Source: a virus. Taken from it: a DNA stretch of 64,000 bases. The notes beneath the pieces were generated by a model that had not been told where the DNA came from, made no database searches, and saw only the letters and a program-made list of their open reading frames with translations. Where the stretch lies: the IMG/VR virus record IMGVR_UViG_3300029319_000007. One strand, 5' to 3'. Below, in pieces: positions 1-10,463 of the stretch. Numbering within the stretch: position 1 is the stretch's first letter; the number at the start of each line of letters is the position of its first letter. The position numbers and the translations under genes were made by a program.

Positions 1-2525
1 ACTCCATCTAAATGCCCTATTTCAGTAGAGGTTACGGCACTTACAGATACATCACCACTACCGTCTGAAACTAATGCTCTTGAAGCAGTTAAGTTTTCCA
101 TCTTACTAAACGCAATAGCAGCACTAGATTTAATGTCTGCATTTACTAAGTTTGTAATAGTGTTATTATCACTATCAATACTTTTGTTTGTAAGTGTATC
201 AGTTGTTGCTTTACCTACTAAGGTATCAGTTGCATTTGGTAATGATACTGTTCTATCTGCTGTTGGGTCTACAACTGTTAATGTAGTTTCAAAACTATCA
301 TTTGTTGCACCTTCAAATATCATAACTGCGTCTTCAAGTAAAGTTAATGAAGTACCTACAGTTGGCGTATTAATGATAGGACTTGTTAATGTTTTGTTTG
401 TAAGTGTTTGACTTGCTGCAAGACCAACAAAACTCTCACTTTGTAATGCACTATTAAATTCTGATAAAGAACCAGTAAGTGTATTGTTTGCTAAATCAAT
501 AGATTTATTTGTGAGTGTTTCTGAACCTGTTAAAGAAGCAAAACTTTCTGATTGTAAAGCAGAGTTAAATTCTGCAAGTGAACCTGTAAGTGTATTATTT
601 GCTAAATCAATAGATTTATTTGTTAATGTATCAGTTGTTGCCTTACCTACTAATGTGTCAGTTGCGTTAGGTAATGTAATCGTTCTATCAGCAGTTGGAT
701 CTGTGACAGCAAGAGTTGTTTCAAAACTGTCTGCTGTACTACCTTCAAATACAATACTTGATGAGAAGACACCTGCTGATGTCACCTCTGATAAATTACC
801 AGTTGTAATTACTGTACCTGAAACATTAGGAAAAGTTATTGTTCTATCTGCTGTTGGATCTGTGACAGCAAGAGTTGTTTCGAAACTATCTGCTGTGCTA
901 CCTTCGAATACAATAGTTGGACTATTGATTGTAGGTGAATTGATTGTAGGACTTGTTAATGTTTTATTTGTTAATGTATCAGTTGTTGTTTTACCTACTA
1001 GTGTATCTGTAGTTGCAGGTAATGTTAAAGTTATATTGCCTGCAAACGCTGAGTGTGCTGGTGCTTGTAATCTAGCATAGTGTGCATTACTACTTTCACA
1101 ATAAAAATCTATTCGTGATTGTGTGCCACTATTTTTAAGTGATATAGAACCACTTTGTATATCTACATTACCATCTAATCTTACAACACCTGAACCGTTA
1201 GGTGTAATTGCAATATTTCTATTCGAAGCAGATACGATAGCACTTGTTTCTACATCTAAGTCACCACCTAAACTAGGCGAACTATCGTCTGAAACATTTG
1301 ATAGACCTGCACCTGAAGCAGCAGTTGCTGATATAAATGATAAATTACCTGAACCGTCTGTTGCAAGTAGTTGATTTGCGTCACCATCATTATTAGGTAA
1401 AACAAAACTTATATTACCTGAAATACTAGGCGAAACTAATGAAACATAATGTGAACCATCACTTGGGTCATATAATCTTAAACCTGCACTAGAAAAAGTA
1501 CCTTTCGTGATTGATAAATCACCTGTAGTTGCACCAGTAAATGTACCAGTACCTACTGTAAACTCGTCAGCACTTTCATCAAAACCTATAAAGACATTTG
1601 CACTACTACCTCTTTCACCTACAAGACCTACATCGCCTGAAGGTGTGCCAGATGTGCCAGTTGCTAATTCTATAAGTTTATCAGAAACAGTTGTATTAGT
1701 TGTAGATACAGTTGTTGTTGTACCATTGACTGTTAAATTACCTGTGACTGTTAGATTACCACCTATTGTCGGGTTATCTACAATACCTACTGTGACTGTA
1801 CCTGAACTCTCTGCAACTGTAGTTTCATTTGTTGTACCAGCAAATGTTAATGTGCCACCTAATGATATAGCACTTGTATTAGAACCGTCTGAAACTGTGA
1901 TTGATGAATTACTTAATTTAGAATTGCCTATACTACCTGCAAGTTTAGAAGCAGCAATAGATCCTGCCAACATAGTATTTGTGACTGAACCTGTATCACC
2001 TGTAGTGACAATTGTACCTGTGACATTAGGTATTGTAATTGTTCTATCTGCTGTTGGGTCTGTGACTGTTAATGTTGTTTCAAAACTATCTGCTGTACTA
2101 CCTTCAAATATAAAACTACCAGTTGTTGTTGCATTACCTGTAATCGCAGGTGTTGTTAATGTAGGACTTGTTAATGTTTTGTTTGTAAGTGTTTTAGATG
2201 TGCCAGAAAATAAAGTATCTAATTGTGCAAGTGTGACACGACCTTCAGTACCACCGTCTGATAATAAAAGTTTATCAGTTGTTGCTAGTGTTGCACTTTC
2301 TAGGTTAGTTGCACCGTCAATATTTACGATTGCCTCTACATTACCAAACTCTAATGCACTTGCACCAGAATTTACTTTTAATACTTGACCTGCACTACCT
2401 ATTGATAATGATACACCAAGACCACCATGTGTTAGACCTACAGTATCACCTGATTGAAATTCTGCTAGTCCTGTTGCGACATTACTGTCGTTAAAGACGG
2501 CTCTGATTGGTTTTTTATCTGCCAT
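1..2525 (-). CDS. Long tail-fibre/virion protein with internal repeats (runs off the window start; missing from the ORF track)
   Basis: ATG at 2525 (MADKKPIRAVFNDSN...), open to position 1. Thr/Ser/Gly-rich, with FEGSTADSFETTLxVTDPTADRT-type repeats (x4) and TLTNKT/S repeats. The + strand ORFs here are antisense shadows. Confidence 0.8.
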   Translation of the reverse strand, partial: MADKKPIRAVFNDSNVATGLAEFQSGDTVGLTHGGLGVSLSIGSAGQVLKVNSGASALEFGNVEAIVNIDGATNLESATLATTDKLLLSDGGTEGRVTLAQLDTLFSGTSKTLTNKTLTSPTLTTPAITGNATTTGSFIFEGSTADSFETTLTVTDPTADRTITIPNVTGTIVTTGDTGSVTNTMLAGSIAASKLAGSIGNSKLSNSSITVSDGSNTSAISLGGTLTFAGTTNETTVAESSGTVTVGIVDNPTIGGNLTVTGNLTVNGTTTTVSTTNTTVSDKLIELATGTSGTPSGDVGLVGERGSSANVFIGFDESADEFTVGTGTFTGATTGDLSITKGTFSSAGLRLYDPSDGSHYVSLVSPSISGNISFVLPNNDGDANQLLATDGSGNLSFISATAASGAGLSNVSDDSSPSLGGDLDVETSAIVSASNRNIAITPNGSGVVRLDGNVDIQSGSISLKNSGTQSRIDFYCESSNAHYARLQAPAHSAFAGNITLTLPATTDTLVGKTTTDTLTNKTLTSPTINSPTINSPTIVFEGSTADSFETTLAVTDPTADRTITFPNVSGTVITTGNLSEVTSAGVFSSSIVFEGSTADSFETTLAVTDPTADRTITLPNATDTLVGKATTDTLTNKSIDLANNTLTGSLAEFNSALQSESFASLTGSETLTNKSIDLANNTLTGSLSEFNSALQSESFVGLAASQTLTNKTLTSPIINTPTVGTSLTLLEDAVMIFEGATNDSFETTLTVVDPTADRTVSLPNATDTLVGKATTDTLTNKSIDSDNNTITNLVNADIKSSAAIAFSKMENLTASRALVSDGSGDVSVSAVTSTEIGHLDG

Positions 2526-2534
2526 ATCTTATAT

Positions 2535-3692
2535 TTAGAACTGGAAAAGAGTAGGGTCGCTATCTGCTAACGCACTACCATTTGCCAATGTAAAAGTTTT
2601 TGTTCCTGTAAATACAAACTTCTCATCAATAATAGCATTGAACTCAAAGTCTGTGTTTTTTGTTGATAATCCTCCTGCTGCACTAAAAAAAGGTATAACC
2701 CTTGATACTTGACCAGCGGCACCAGCACTACCAGTTGATACAACGGCAAGTTGATTATCACCTGCTTTTGAACCTGCAGGTAATGTCGCACCTGTTGCTG
2801 CGATTGCTATTGAACCTGTTCCGTCTGAACTGATTGTTGCACCACCTAGATTAATTGTTTCTCCTGCTAAGAATATATCTTTCCATCTTTTAGCAGAACT
2901 ACCTAAACTTCTAGTGCCATTACCATCAGGTACGATATCTTGATCTACTGCTGATAAATCACTTGCGACTTCACCAAAATCAAACTTATCAGTTGATGAA
3001 TTATACTTTAATGCAAAACCATTTGCTTTTGAACTGTCGTCAACATCATCTAATTTTCTTAGATTAACTTCACCACCGCCACCTATTGATGACATTTGTT
3101 GTGTGACTATATCTTTAAATTTTTGAAACTCTTTTTTAACTTCATCTAAAGAACCTAATTCAGGTTGTTCTTTTAATGATTTATTTTTACTTAATTCTTT
3201 TGATGTTAAATCTACTATGGGCGAAATGGTCTTGAGCGTTTCTGTTTCTTCGGGTTGCCTGTGTTCCAAGGTGTCCACAGATTCTCTACTGTCCACAGAT
3301 TTTTTTCTTGTTCTTTTCTTTTTAGGTTTTTCTTGACCTGGCGTAATTTCTTTCGTGTGGTCTGCATAGTCTTTGCCAATTTCATAACTTTCTTCTTTCT
3401 TTGTTTCTTTTGCAAGTTGTGATAGTTGAGATAATAAACCTACTTTATCTTCTTTAGTAGTGACCTCTGGTTCTTTAAGTAATTTCTTTTTAGGTTCTGG
3501 TTGTGGTACAGGTTTTACTTTTGTTACCTTTGCAACCTGAGATAATTCTGCCATCATAGTGGCAAAAGAACTATCTTGATTTAACTCTTTTATTTTGTCT
3601 TGTTTCTTTTGTTCTTCTTCTTGACGAACTTTACTTAGTTCATCTAGTAAAGAACCTAGATCATTAGAAACATCAACATTATCTTTACTCAT
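2535..3692 (-). CDS. Virion-associated protein: charged coiled N-half, fibre-like C-half
   Basis: E/K-rich N-terminus, SIGGGGEVNLRKLDDVD linker, SLGSSAKRWKDIFL fibre-type motif. Confidence 0.6.
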   Translation of the reverse strand: MSKDNVDVSNDLGSLLDELSKVRQEEEQKKQDKIKELNQDSSFATMMAELSQVAKVTKVKPVPQPEPKKKLLKEPEVTTKEDKVGLLSQLSQLAKETKKEESYEIGKDYADHTKEITPGQEKPKKKRTRKKSVDSRESVDTLEHRQPEETETLKTISPIVDLTSKELSKNKSLKEQPELGSLDEVKKEFQKFKDIVTQQMSSIGGGGEVNLRKLDDVDDSSKANGFALKYNSSTDKFDFGEVASDLSAVDQDIVPDGNGTRSLGSSAKRWKDIFLAGETINLGGATISSDGTGSIAIAATGATLPAGSKAGDNQLAVVSTGSAGAAGQVSRVIPFFSAAGGLSTKNTDFEFNAIIDEKFVFTGTKTFTLANGSALADSDPTLFQF

Positions 3693-3694
3693 GA

Positions 3695-4060
3695 CTATCT
3701 TGTGACATTTGGTCTAACTGTCACTATCCCTTGTATTGGTCTTGTTATTGTACTATCAGAAGCAGTAATCTCAACATCATACACATATCTACCTTCTTCT
3801 AGAGCAGCAGTTTGTGTAGATGTTAAACTTAAAGTAATCTTACCAGTTGATGTATCTGAATCTATTGCAGTAGTAAAAGATGTTGATGATGAAGATGAAT
3901 ATGATTTACGAATCTGTGCCGCTGCTGAATAACCTGATAAATTAAGAATACTATCGTCTTGATATACTGTGATAACTGTACTAAATGTTGCACCTTGATC
4001 CATTGTCAAATTTGCAATGGCAGCGACATTTGGGGCAGTCGTGACTGTGGTTGTTGGCAT
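3695..4060 (-). CDS. Small structural protein (BppU-N-like fold, common in T4-like marine phages)
   Basis: NLTMDQGATF...LSGYSAAAQIRK...GRYVYDVEI...GIVTVRPNVTR. Confidence 0.65.
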   Translation of the reverse strand: MPTTTVTTAPNVAAIANLTMDQGATFSTVITVYQDDSILNLSGYSAAAQIRKSYSSSSSTSFTTAIDSDTSTGKITLSLTSTQTAALEEGRYVYDVEITASDSTITRPIQGIVTVRPNVTR

Positions 4061-4084
4061 ACTGAAATCTCCTGTTCATACTAT

Positions 4085-4759
4085 TTATGCTTTTTTCGCC
4101 GCCTTACCTCTAAACCATGCAGGTAAACCCACATGAGGTCTTCCATCATATATGTTATCTTCTGCACCTTTTGTTTTCGCATTATTGTAATGTAAGAAAA
4201 CTTGACCACAATCTTCACCTTCAAATGCTTCACGCCAATGTTCACATAGATTACCTTTGTAAACTAACATATCTCCAGGTTTTAAGACAACTTTTTTACC
4301 GTCAGTCATATCTGAATGATACCTACCATCTTTTGCATAACCTTTTTTAGGATCATTTTCAATATAGATTGGCCATGGATCACCACCTAGATTTATAGTT
4401 GTTGAAATCTCACATGAGTATCTATCTTTATGTCTTTTCAACACATCACCTTTTTTATAGATACGAGCATATGAATATGTAGGTATTAAACTCATACCTG
4501 TATGTTTTTCCATAACAGGTTGTGTCTTTAATAATAAAGTGTCCATTGCAATATCGCAATAGTGTGAGTATGTGTTTGGTACTTGTTCGTCAGACCATAC
4601 ACCCCATTCTTCTGTAAATGGTGAAATAAATCTTTCATCAAACATTGTTCTTGCAACTTGTCGTTTCATTAAAAAATAATTATAGACAAATTCTGCTACT
4701 TTAGGTTCTACTGCTTTTTTAATTACAATATAATTGTTTTTATCAAATTCTGTTTTCAT
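4085..4759 (-). CDS. 2OG-Fe(II) oxygenase
   Basis: YARIYKKGDVLKRHKDR (HxD), distal EHWRE, QVFLHY. Confidence 0.8.
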   Translation of the reverse strand: MKTEFDKNNYIVIKKAVEPKVAEFVYNYFLMKRQVARTMFDERFISPFTEEWGVWSDEQVPNTYSHYCDIAMDTLLLKTQPVMEKHTGMSLIPTYSYARIYKKGDVLKRHKDRYSCEISTTINLGGDPWPIYIENDPKKGYAKDGRYHSDMTDGKKVVLKPGDMLVYKGNLCEHWREAFEGEDCGQVFLHYNNAKTKGAEDNIYDGRPHVGLPAWFRGKAAKKA

Positions 4760-5469
4760 TGTCCTTTTACTCCGTTTACAATCTGATTGCGAATTGCTTG
4801 AATATTAAAATGTATAAATCTAAAATCTTCATAACCATCATGTAAAGAATATTGATGTGGCATGTAAGAATTAAAAAATATTAATGTGCCAGGTTTAGGT
4901 ACATAGTGTACTTTTTCATTTGCATAAGATAATTTAGTTGTATCTTTCTGTTTTAATCCTGTCATCAATGCACCTGGTCTAGGATCATGAAAAATAGGTA
5001 TTGATGTATTAGGTGAACATTTAAGATAATAAAAACCTGATATGTGATTATCAGAATGAATGTGTGTGTTATGATGACCGCCACCATGTTTACTAAATTC
5101 TTGTACCCAACACTCTGTAAAAAACATTGTGTAATTAGACATATCAAAACCTTGTTCATCTAATATATTTCTTGCTGTATTACCACAATAATCAACAAAC
5201 TCACTTAATGCAGGATCTCTTTCAATAGGTCCTGAATGATAAGACATGCCGTGATCTTTTACAGCATTATAATGTTTTGTGCCTAATTCTTTTTTTCTTT
5301 TTTCTTGGTGAGGTTTTTCTCTTTTGTATGCTTCTTTTATATGTTTGTCACATGCTTTATCAATTTTTTTAACCCATTGAGGTTTTTCAATTGTATATAC
5401 AGGACAAGAAAAATAATTCTGTGTTTCTAATGTATCTATTTCATTTGTGTTATTAGTCAATAATGCCAT
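4756..5469 (-). CDS. 2OG-Fe(II) oxygenase (TIGR02466-like)
   Basis: HNTHIHSDNHISGFYY, FHDPRP, PGTLIFFNSYMPH, FRFIHFN. Confidence 0.85.
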   Translation of the reverse strand: MALLTNNTNEIDTLETQNYFSCPVYTIEKPQWVKKIDKACDKHIKEAYKREKPHQEKRKKELGTKHYNAVKDHGMSYHSGPIERDPALSEFVDYCGNTARNILDEQGFDMSNYTMFFTECWVQEFSKHGGGHHNTHIHSDNHISGFYYLKCSPNTSIPIFHDPRPGALMTGLKQKDTTKLSYANEKVHYVPKPGTLIFFNSYMPHQYSLHDGYEDFRFIHFNIQAIRNQIVNGVKGQ

Positions 5470-5472
5470 AAT

Positions 5473-6132
5473 CTATCTCCATGGTTGTCCTAGATTCCAA
5501 ACTACTAATGAATATCTAGTTCCTTTTGTCACTGGTGCAACTCTATGCCACACAAAACTTGGAAAAACAATAATAGAACCACGAGGTCTAATCTCTGTAC
5601 ATTCATGTATTGCTTTCTTTTTATCTTGTTCCCAATCTTTTTGATTTCTCATATCAAATTCTAAATTACCACCTGTATACTCATCAGGTTCAGACAATGA
5701 TATCGTCACAGATAACTTTCTTATTTTACCGTGTGAGTTAGGATCATCTGGTTTATTATAAGGAACATCCCAACTATCACAATGCCAACCATAATATTGA
5801 CCAGGACCATATCTTGTGAATTGACAAGATTCAGAAAAATCCCAATCAAAGTTCCAACCTGCTTTTTCGTTTGCTTCTCTAACATATGGATGTATTTCTT
5901 TATACAACCATGCGTCATTCATCCAAACGATATCAGATTTTCTTTTTACATGAAGTTTTTTAAGTGCTGACTTTTTGAAAGTGCCGTCTTTCTTAACATT
6001 GTTTTCGTTTGCTTCTGCACCACCTGTGACAGCAATTTCAGGTTTGTGTCTTTTTCCATATTCAATTATTTCATCACATGTACGAGGAGTTAATGCTGAT
6101 TGAAAATAATAATAGTAGTTTCTTAAATTCAT
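5473..6132 (-). CDS. PKHD/prolyl-4-hydroxylase-type 2OG-Fe(II) oxygenase
   Basis: YGWHCD, RKLSVTISL, YTGGNLEF, FPSFVWHRVAPVTKGTRYSLVVW. Confidence 0.9.
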   Translation of the reverse strand: MNLRNYYYYFQSALTPRTCDEIIEYGKRHKPEIAVTGGAEANENNVKKDGTFKKSALKKLHVKRKSDIVWMNDAWLYKEIHPYVREANEKAGWNFDWDFSESCQFTRYGPGQYYGWHCDSWDVPYNKPDDPNSHGKIRKLSVTISLSEPDEYTGGNLEFDMRNQKDWEQDKKKAIHECTEIRPRGSIIVFPSFVWHRVAPVTKGTRYSLVVWNLGQPWR

Positions 6133-6177
6133 TTTATAATCACCTTTTTAATATATAGTAGTCTTAAAAAAGACTAA

Positions 6178-7620
6178 TTAATTCTGATACTTATATCTAA
6201 TTATAACGACACCTGATCCACCTGCAAGACCATTACCTCCTGGAGCAGCAGCACCTGGTCCGCCTGAACCTCTATTTGCTGTACCAGCAGTTCCTGCCGC
6301 TGTACCACCTGTTCCAGCAGTACCGTCACCACAGTTACCTCTTGCGGCACCTCCGCCAGCATAACCTACACTTGAACCTGTAATTTGTGTGGTTGCACCA
6401 TTACCGCCAGGTCCACCTGTATTAGTTCCTGTCATACCACCTCTTGCGGCAATACCGCCTCCGCCGCCTCCGCTTTGGTCGCCTGAACCTGGATTGCCTG
6501 GGTGTATGCCACCAGCACCACCTTTACTACCTTGTTCAGGACTTACAGGAGGTGTATTACCTGCACCACCGCCTCTTGCACAAGTACCTGGGCCGGTACC
6601 ACCTCCGCCGCCTCCACCGCCGCTTCCGCCGGGTTGACCTGGAAAGATTGTACCATTACCTGGAGGAGAACCTCCTCCTCCACCTCCGCCACCTGCGGAT
6701 GTGATTGTACTGAAAACTGAATTACCACCATTTGATCCTATTGATGGTGGTTGTGGCGTTGAAGGATGTCCTGTGCCTGCGGATCCTCCTCCACCTACTG
6801 TGATTGGATATGTTGCAGCTGGAACTGCAAGACCATCTGGTGCGACAATTGGACTTGGTGAAGAAGTGTATGAATCAAATGCTGGTGCTTTACCTTCACG
6901 ATAACCTCCAGCACCTGCACCGCCACCACGGTTACTTGCTTGAGATCCTCCACCTCCACCGCCGCCTCCAACGACTAGATAAGAAACTTTATTACTACCT
7001 GAGGCATTACCAGCACACGAAACTATAAAGTTTGCGTCACCAGTAAATGTATGTATTTTAAAATCACCTGATGTAGTGACTGTGCCGCCTGTAGCAGTCA
7101 CATATTTTGAAGTGAGATTAGCAACATTACTTTCATTTGTAAATAACCAACCTTTTGTTGAATCAATGTAAACTAGTGTTAGAGAAGCACGATTTGTGTC
7201 TATTACAGCGTCAACAGCAACACCTTGTATGTTGTGACTATTTCTTTGAATAGTAAGATTATTTGTACCAAAGTTAGCAGCATAATCTTTGATTGATACC
7301 ATATCTCCTGCACTTGCACTTGCAGGTAATTTTACAAGACCAGCAGCACTTGAATTATTTACGAAATATCCTCTACCTGCAACCATAGTAGTGACTGTAC
7401 TTCCGTCTGATACAACGACTGCTTGCCATTGAACAGGCGGTACAGTACCACTTGCACCTAGTGCTATTGACTGTCCGTTTACTGTAATACTTGAATTTGA
7501 TAATTTTGCATTAGCGATTGAACCCGCTAATTTTGCACTTGTTATAGTACCAGGTGCGATATCTGCCGCTGCTACTGAACAATCTACTAAACCTTTTGTG
7601 CCTATCTGATCTACTGCCAT
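6178..7620 (-). CDS. Glycine-rich tail fibre/adhesin, paralog 1
   Basis: Shared N-domain (LPASASAGD..IKDYA.NFGTN..DSTKGW), poly-Gly C-domain, GNTPPVSPxQG, ends GGSGVVIIRYK. Confidence 0.8.
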   Translation of the reverse strand: MAVDQIGTKGLVDCSVAAADIAPGTITSAKLAGSIANAKLSNSSITVNGQSIALGASGTVPPVQWQAVVVSDGSTVTTMVAGRGYFVNNSSAAGLVKLPASASAGDMVSIKDYAANFGTNNLTIQRNSHNIQGVAVDAVIDTNRASLTLVYIDSTKGWLFTNESNVANLTSKYVTATGGTVTTSGDFKIHTFTGDANFIVSCAGNASGSNKVSYLVVGGGGGGGGSQASNRGGGAGAGGYREGKAPAFDSYTSSPSPIVAPDGLAVPAATYPITVGGGGSAGTGHPSTPQPPSIGSNGGNSVFSTITSAGGGGGGGGSPPGNGTIFPGQPGGSGGGGGGGGTGPGTCARGGGAGNTPPVSPEQGSKGGAGGIHPGNPGSGDQSGGGGGGIAARGGMTGTNTGGPGGNGATTQITGSSVGYAGGGAARGNCGDGTAGTGGTAAGTAGTANRGSGGPGAAAPGGNGLAGGSGVVIIRYKYQN

Positions 7621-7637
7621 AATACTATTTATACCCC

Positions 7638-9032
7638 TTATGATCCTTCTTGATATCTATATCTTAAAACTACTATACCTGAACCACCATTCGAACCTGC
7701 GGCACCTGAACCAGTTGCACCACCGCCACCGCCTCCTCTATTTGCTGTGCCTGCTGTACTTGCTTGTGGTGTTGAAGGTCCGCCACCAGTACCACCTCCG
7801 CCTGGACCACCGGCACCAGGACCACAAGGTGAACCGCCACCGCCACCACCTGCATAAGTGACTGACGAAGCAGTTATTGAGTTTGCAGTACCATTACCCC
7901 CATTACCTCCAGCATTAGAAGCATCGGGACCTGGTGTGCCTGCAGTAGCAGCACCGCCGCCACCTCCACCACCATCACCACCCGAAGGTGGGTATGGCGC
8001 ACCATTACCACCATTGTTGCCTTGAGGTGGACTTACTGGCGGTGTATTACCTGTACCACCTGTTTTAGTGCTGCCACCTTTGGCACCACCGCCACCTGAT
8101 CCGCCATTTTGGCCTGCACCGTATGAACCGTTTGCGTCTGAACCACCTCCACCTCCCCCAGCAGATGTGATCGTACTAAAAACTGAATTTGAACCGTTGC
8201 CACCATAATTGTTTGCTGGTGGACCTTTACCTGCACCGCCACCACCTACTGTGATAGGATAAGTTGTTGCTGATGATAATGTTAAACCACAACCAGGAAA
8301 ATCATGTCTGAATCCTCCTGCACCTCCACCACCAGAGTTATCACAACCTCCGCCACCACCACCGGCGACTACAAGATATTGAACTTTATTTGTACTACCA
8401 GTACCAACACCATTTGCTAAAGTAGAAACAATAAAGTTTCCACTACCAGTGAATGTGTGTATCTTATCATTACCTGATGTTGTGATCGTACCACCTGTCG
8501 CAGTTAGATATTGGGGTCCTTGTAAATTTCCTACATTGTGTTCATCTGTGAATAACCAACCTTTTGTACTATCTACATAAACTAAAACAACACTAGCACG
8601 ATCAGTTTCTAATATTGCGTCAGCAGCAGTACCTTGTATGTTGTGACTATTTCTTTGTATTGTTAAATTATTAGTGCCAAAGTTTTCTGAATAATCTTTT
8701 ATTGCAATTGTATCACCTCGTGAAGCACTCGCAGGTAATTTTACTAAACCTGCAGCACTAGCGTTATCTACGAAATAACCACGACCTGCGACCATAGTAG
8801 TCACAGTAGAACCGTCTGATGTAATCTTTGATTGCCAATCTTGTAAATTAAGAGCGTTATCAGAACCACCTAGTGATATTGCCTCACCACCTATTGTGAT
8901 TGTGGTATTTGCTAGTTTATCATTACCTATAGAACCTGCTAGTTTTGCATTAGTAATAGTGCCAGGGGCAAAATCTGCTGCCGCTACTGAGCAATCTACA
9001 ATGCCTCTAGAACCTATCTTAGAAATCGCCAT
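7638..9032 (-). CDS. Glycine-rich tail fibre/adhesin, paralog 2
   Basis: Same architecture as paralog 1; TATAAATA 5 nt before the ATG. Confidence 0.8.
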   Translation of the reverse strand: MAISKIGSRGIVDCSVAAADFAPGTITNAKLAGSIGNDKLANTTITIGGEAISLGGSDNALNLQDWQSKITSDGSTVTTMVAGRGYFVDNASAAGLVKLPASASRGDTIAIKDYSENFGTNNLTIQRNSHNIQGTAADAILETDRASVVLVYVDSTKGWLFTDEHNVGNLQGPQYLTATGGTITTSGNDKIHTFTGSGNFIVSTLANGVGTGSTNKVQYLVVAGGGGGGCDNSGGGGAGGFRHDFPGCGLTLSSATTYPITVGGGGAGKGPPANNYGGNGSNSVFSTITSAGGGGGGSDANGSYGAGQNGGSGGGGAKGGSTKTGGTGNTPPVSPPQGNNGGNGAPYPPSGGDGGGGGGGAATAGTPGPDASNAGGNGGNGTANSITASSVTYAGGGGGGSPCGPGAGGPGGGGTGGGPSTPQASTAGTANRGGGGGGATGSGAAGSNGGSGIVVLRYRYQEGS

Positions 9033-9047
9033 GAAACTATTTATAAT

Positions 9048-9572
9048 TTATGATACACTTATATCCCAAGATATTATTCTTTTAATTTTCTTACTTTCAT
9101 TAGGTGGACTAAAATGTTGAATAAATTGAGGTACTACAACGATTGTGCCTTCTTGTACTGGTATAGGATAATATACTGTTCTATCAGATACATAATCATT
9201 CCAAGGTTGCATATAGTTTGTCATAGGTGCGTCTTTAGGTTGATCAAGATATAATATACCCGATAGACCTGTTGAACCGTGATTATGTACAGAATGATAA
9301 TCACCTTTCTTATAACTTACTGACCATGCGTCATCTATTCTAATATCTCTTTGAAGTTTATCAGATAACATTGTTAATTCTTCTTCTAGTATAACAATTA
9401 AATCTTCTTTAAATTGAATACGAGGCGATTGTCTGTTTGTAGAAAAAGTTTGTATGCCATGTTTACTTTCAGGATGTCTTTTACATAGTGATTGTAATTT
9501 CTTTTTCTTTTCTTTAAAGTTTATAGTAGGTATTGTCCAATAAGGTATATTGAACATTGTCTCTTGAATCAT
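9048..9572 (-). CDS. 2OG-Fe(II) oxygenase
   Basis: HSVHNHG..LSGILY, PQFIQHFS, KRIISW. Confidence 0.8.
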   Translation of the reverse strand: MIQETMFNIPYWTIPTINFKEKKKKLQSLCKRHPESKHGIQTFSTNRQSPRIQFKEDLIVILEEELTMLSDKLQRDIRIDDAWSVSYKKGDYHSVHNHGSTGLSGILYLDQPKDAPMTNYMQPWNDYVSDRTVYYPIPVQEGTIVVVPQFIQHFSPPNESKKIKRIISWDISVS

Positions 9573-9781
9573 TCTTCTTCTCCTGCACCACTAATTATGC
9601 TCATGACAGTATCAAAATTTTCTTCTACTGTCCAACTATTATCAGGCGTCCATAGTGTTGTATGTTTACCCTCATCAGATTTCATTACATCTTCAAAAAT
9701 AGATTGTACTTTTGTTATGTCGATTGCAAGTTTTTTACCTTCAAAAGGTGCACTTGCATTTGTAAATATTCTAAACTTCAT
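9569..9781 (-). CDS. Small hypothetical protein
   Basis: 70-aa ORF coupled to both neighbours; GAG upstream. Confidence 0.6.
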   Translation of the reverse strand: MKFRIFTNASAPFEGKKLAIDITKVQSIFEDVMKSDEGKHTTLWTPDNSWTVEENFDTVMSIISGAGEEE

Positions 9782-9790
9782 TATATACTC

Positions 9791-10420
9791 CTAAAAATAA
9801 GTTTCTGGTAATTGTTTTCTGTTCATTATTCTTAAATTTCCTGATACACTTACTCTTGTACAATCAGATTTATATGGTAAAACCCAATGTTGTAGTAATG
9901 CAGGAAAAATATACATATCACCTGTTTGAGGTAATATTGCATGACCTGTTGTTGCCCATGGTGGGCGTGACATAGTGCCATATTCAAATTGCAAAGAACC
10001 TGGTTTTGTTCCTGTGCCTTCAAACTCTTTTATTTCTTTTTCTATTTCTTCAGGTACATCTACAAATATAACAAAAGAAAAATCACCACCATGTGTATGT
10101 AAAGGATTAAAATCACCTGGTCTCATAAAGTTAACCCATAAATCATCATATGCAATATGCACTTCTCTTTTTTCTAAACCGTGATATTCTAAATGACCTT
10201 GTCTATATGCGTCAAAAATAGGGGATACTTGTTTATAAAACCAATCTGTGGTTTCATCATTATACTTGACTTGTCTTTTTACATGACCTGCAAGTTTCTT
10301 GTGATAAGATTCTAAATCTTTCTTACCGTCTTCGTGTAGTCTTTCTATTATATGATTGTCTATCTTTGTTGATCCTACATAAGGACCCCAATGTAAATAA
10401 CGCATATTAATATTTTTCAT
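9791..10420 (-). CDS. 2OG-Fe(II) oxygenase (TIGR02466-like)
   Basis: WVNFMRPGDFNPLHTH, FPALLQHWVLP, RVSVSGN. Confidence 0.85.
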   Translation of the reverse strand: MKNINMRYLHWGPYVGSTKIDNHIIERLHEDGKKDLESYHKKLAGHVKRQVKYNDETTDWFYKQVSPIFDAYRQGHLEYHGLEKREVHIAYDDLWVNFMRPGDFNPLHTHGGDFSFVIFVDVPEEIEKEIKEFEGTGTKPGSLQFEYGTMSRPPWATTGHAILPQTGDMYIFPALLQHWVLPYKSDCTRVSVSGNLRIMNRKQLPETYF

Positions 10421-10463
10421 TTCAAATCACCTTTATATTATATAGTAGTCTAAAAAAAGACTA

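Noticed and set aside
133-2494. Several + strand ORFs (92-293 aa, Val/Ser-rich)
   Set aside because: Antisense shadows of the minus-strand fibre gene, which the ORF track missed because it runs off the window
3272-3301. TGTCCACAGATT pair resembling DnaA boxes
   Set aside because: Two mismatches to TTATCCACA, inside a CDS, and explained by the SVD-x peptide repeat
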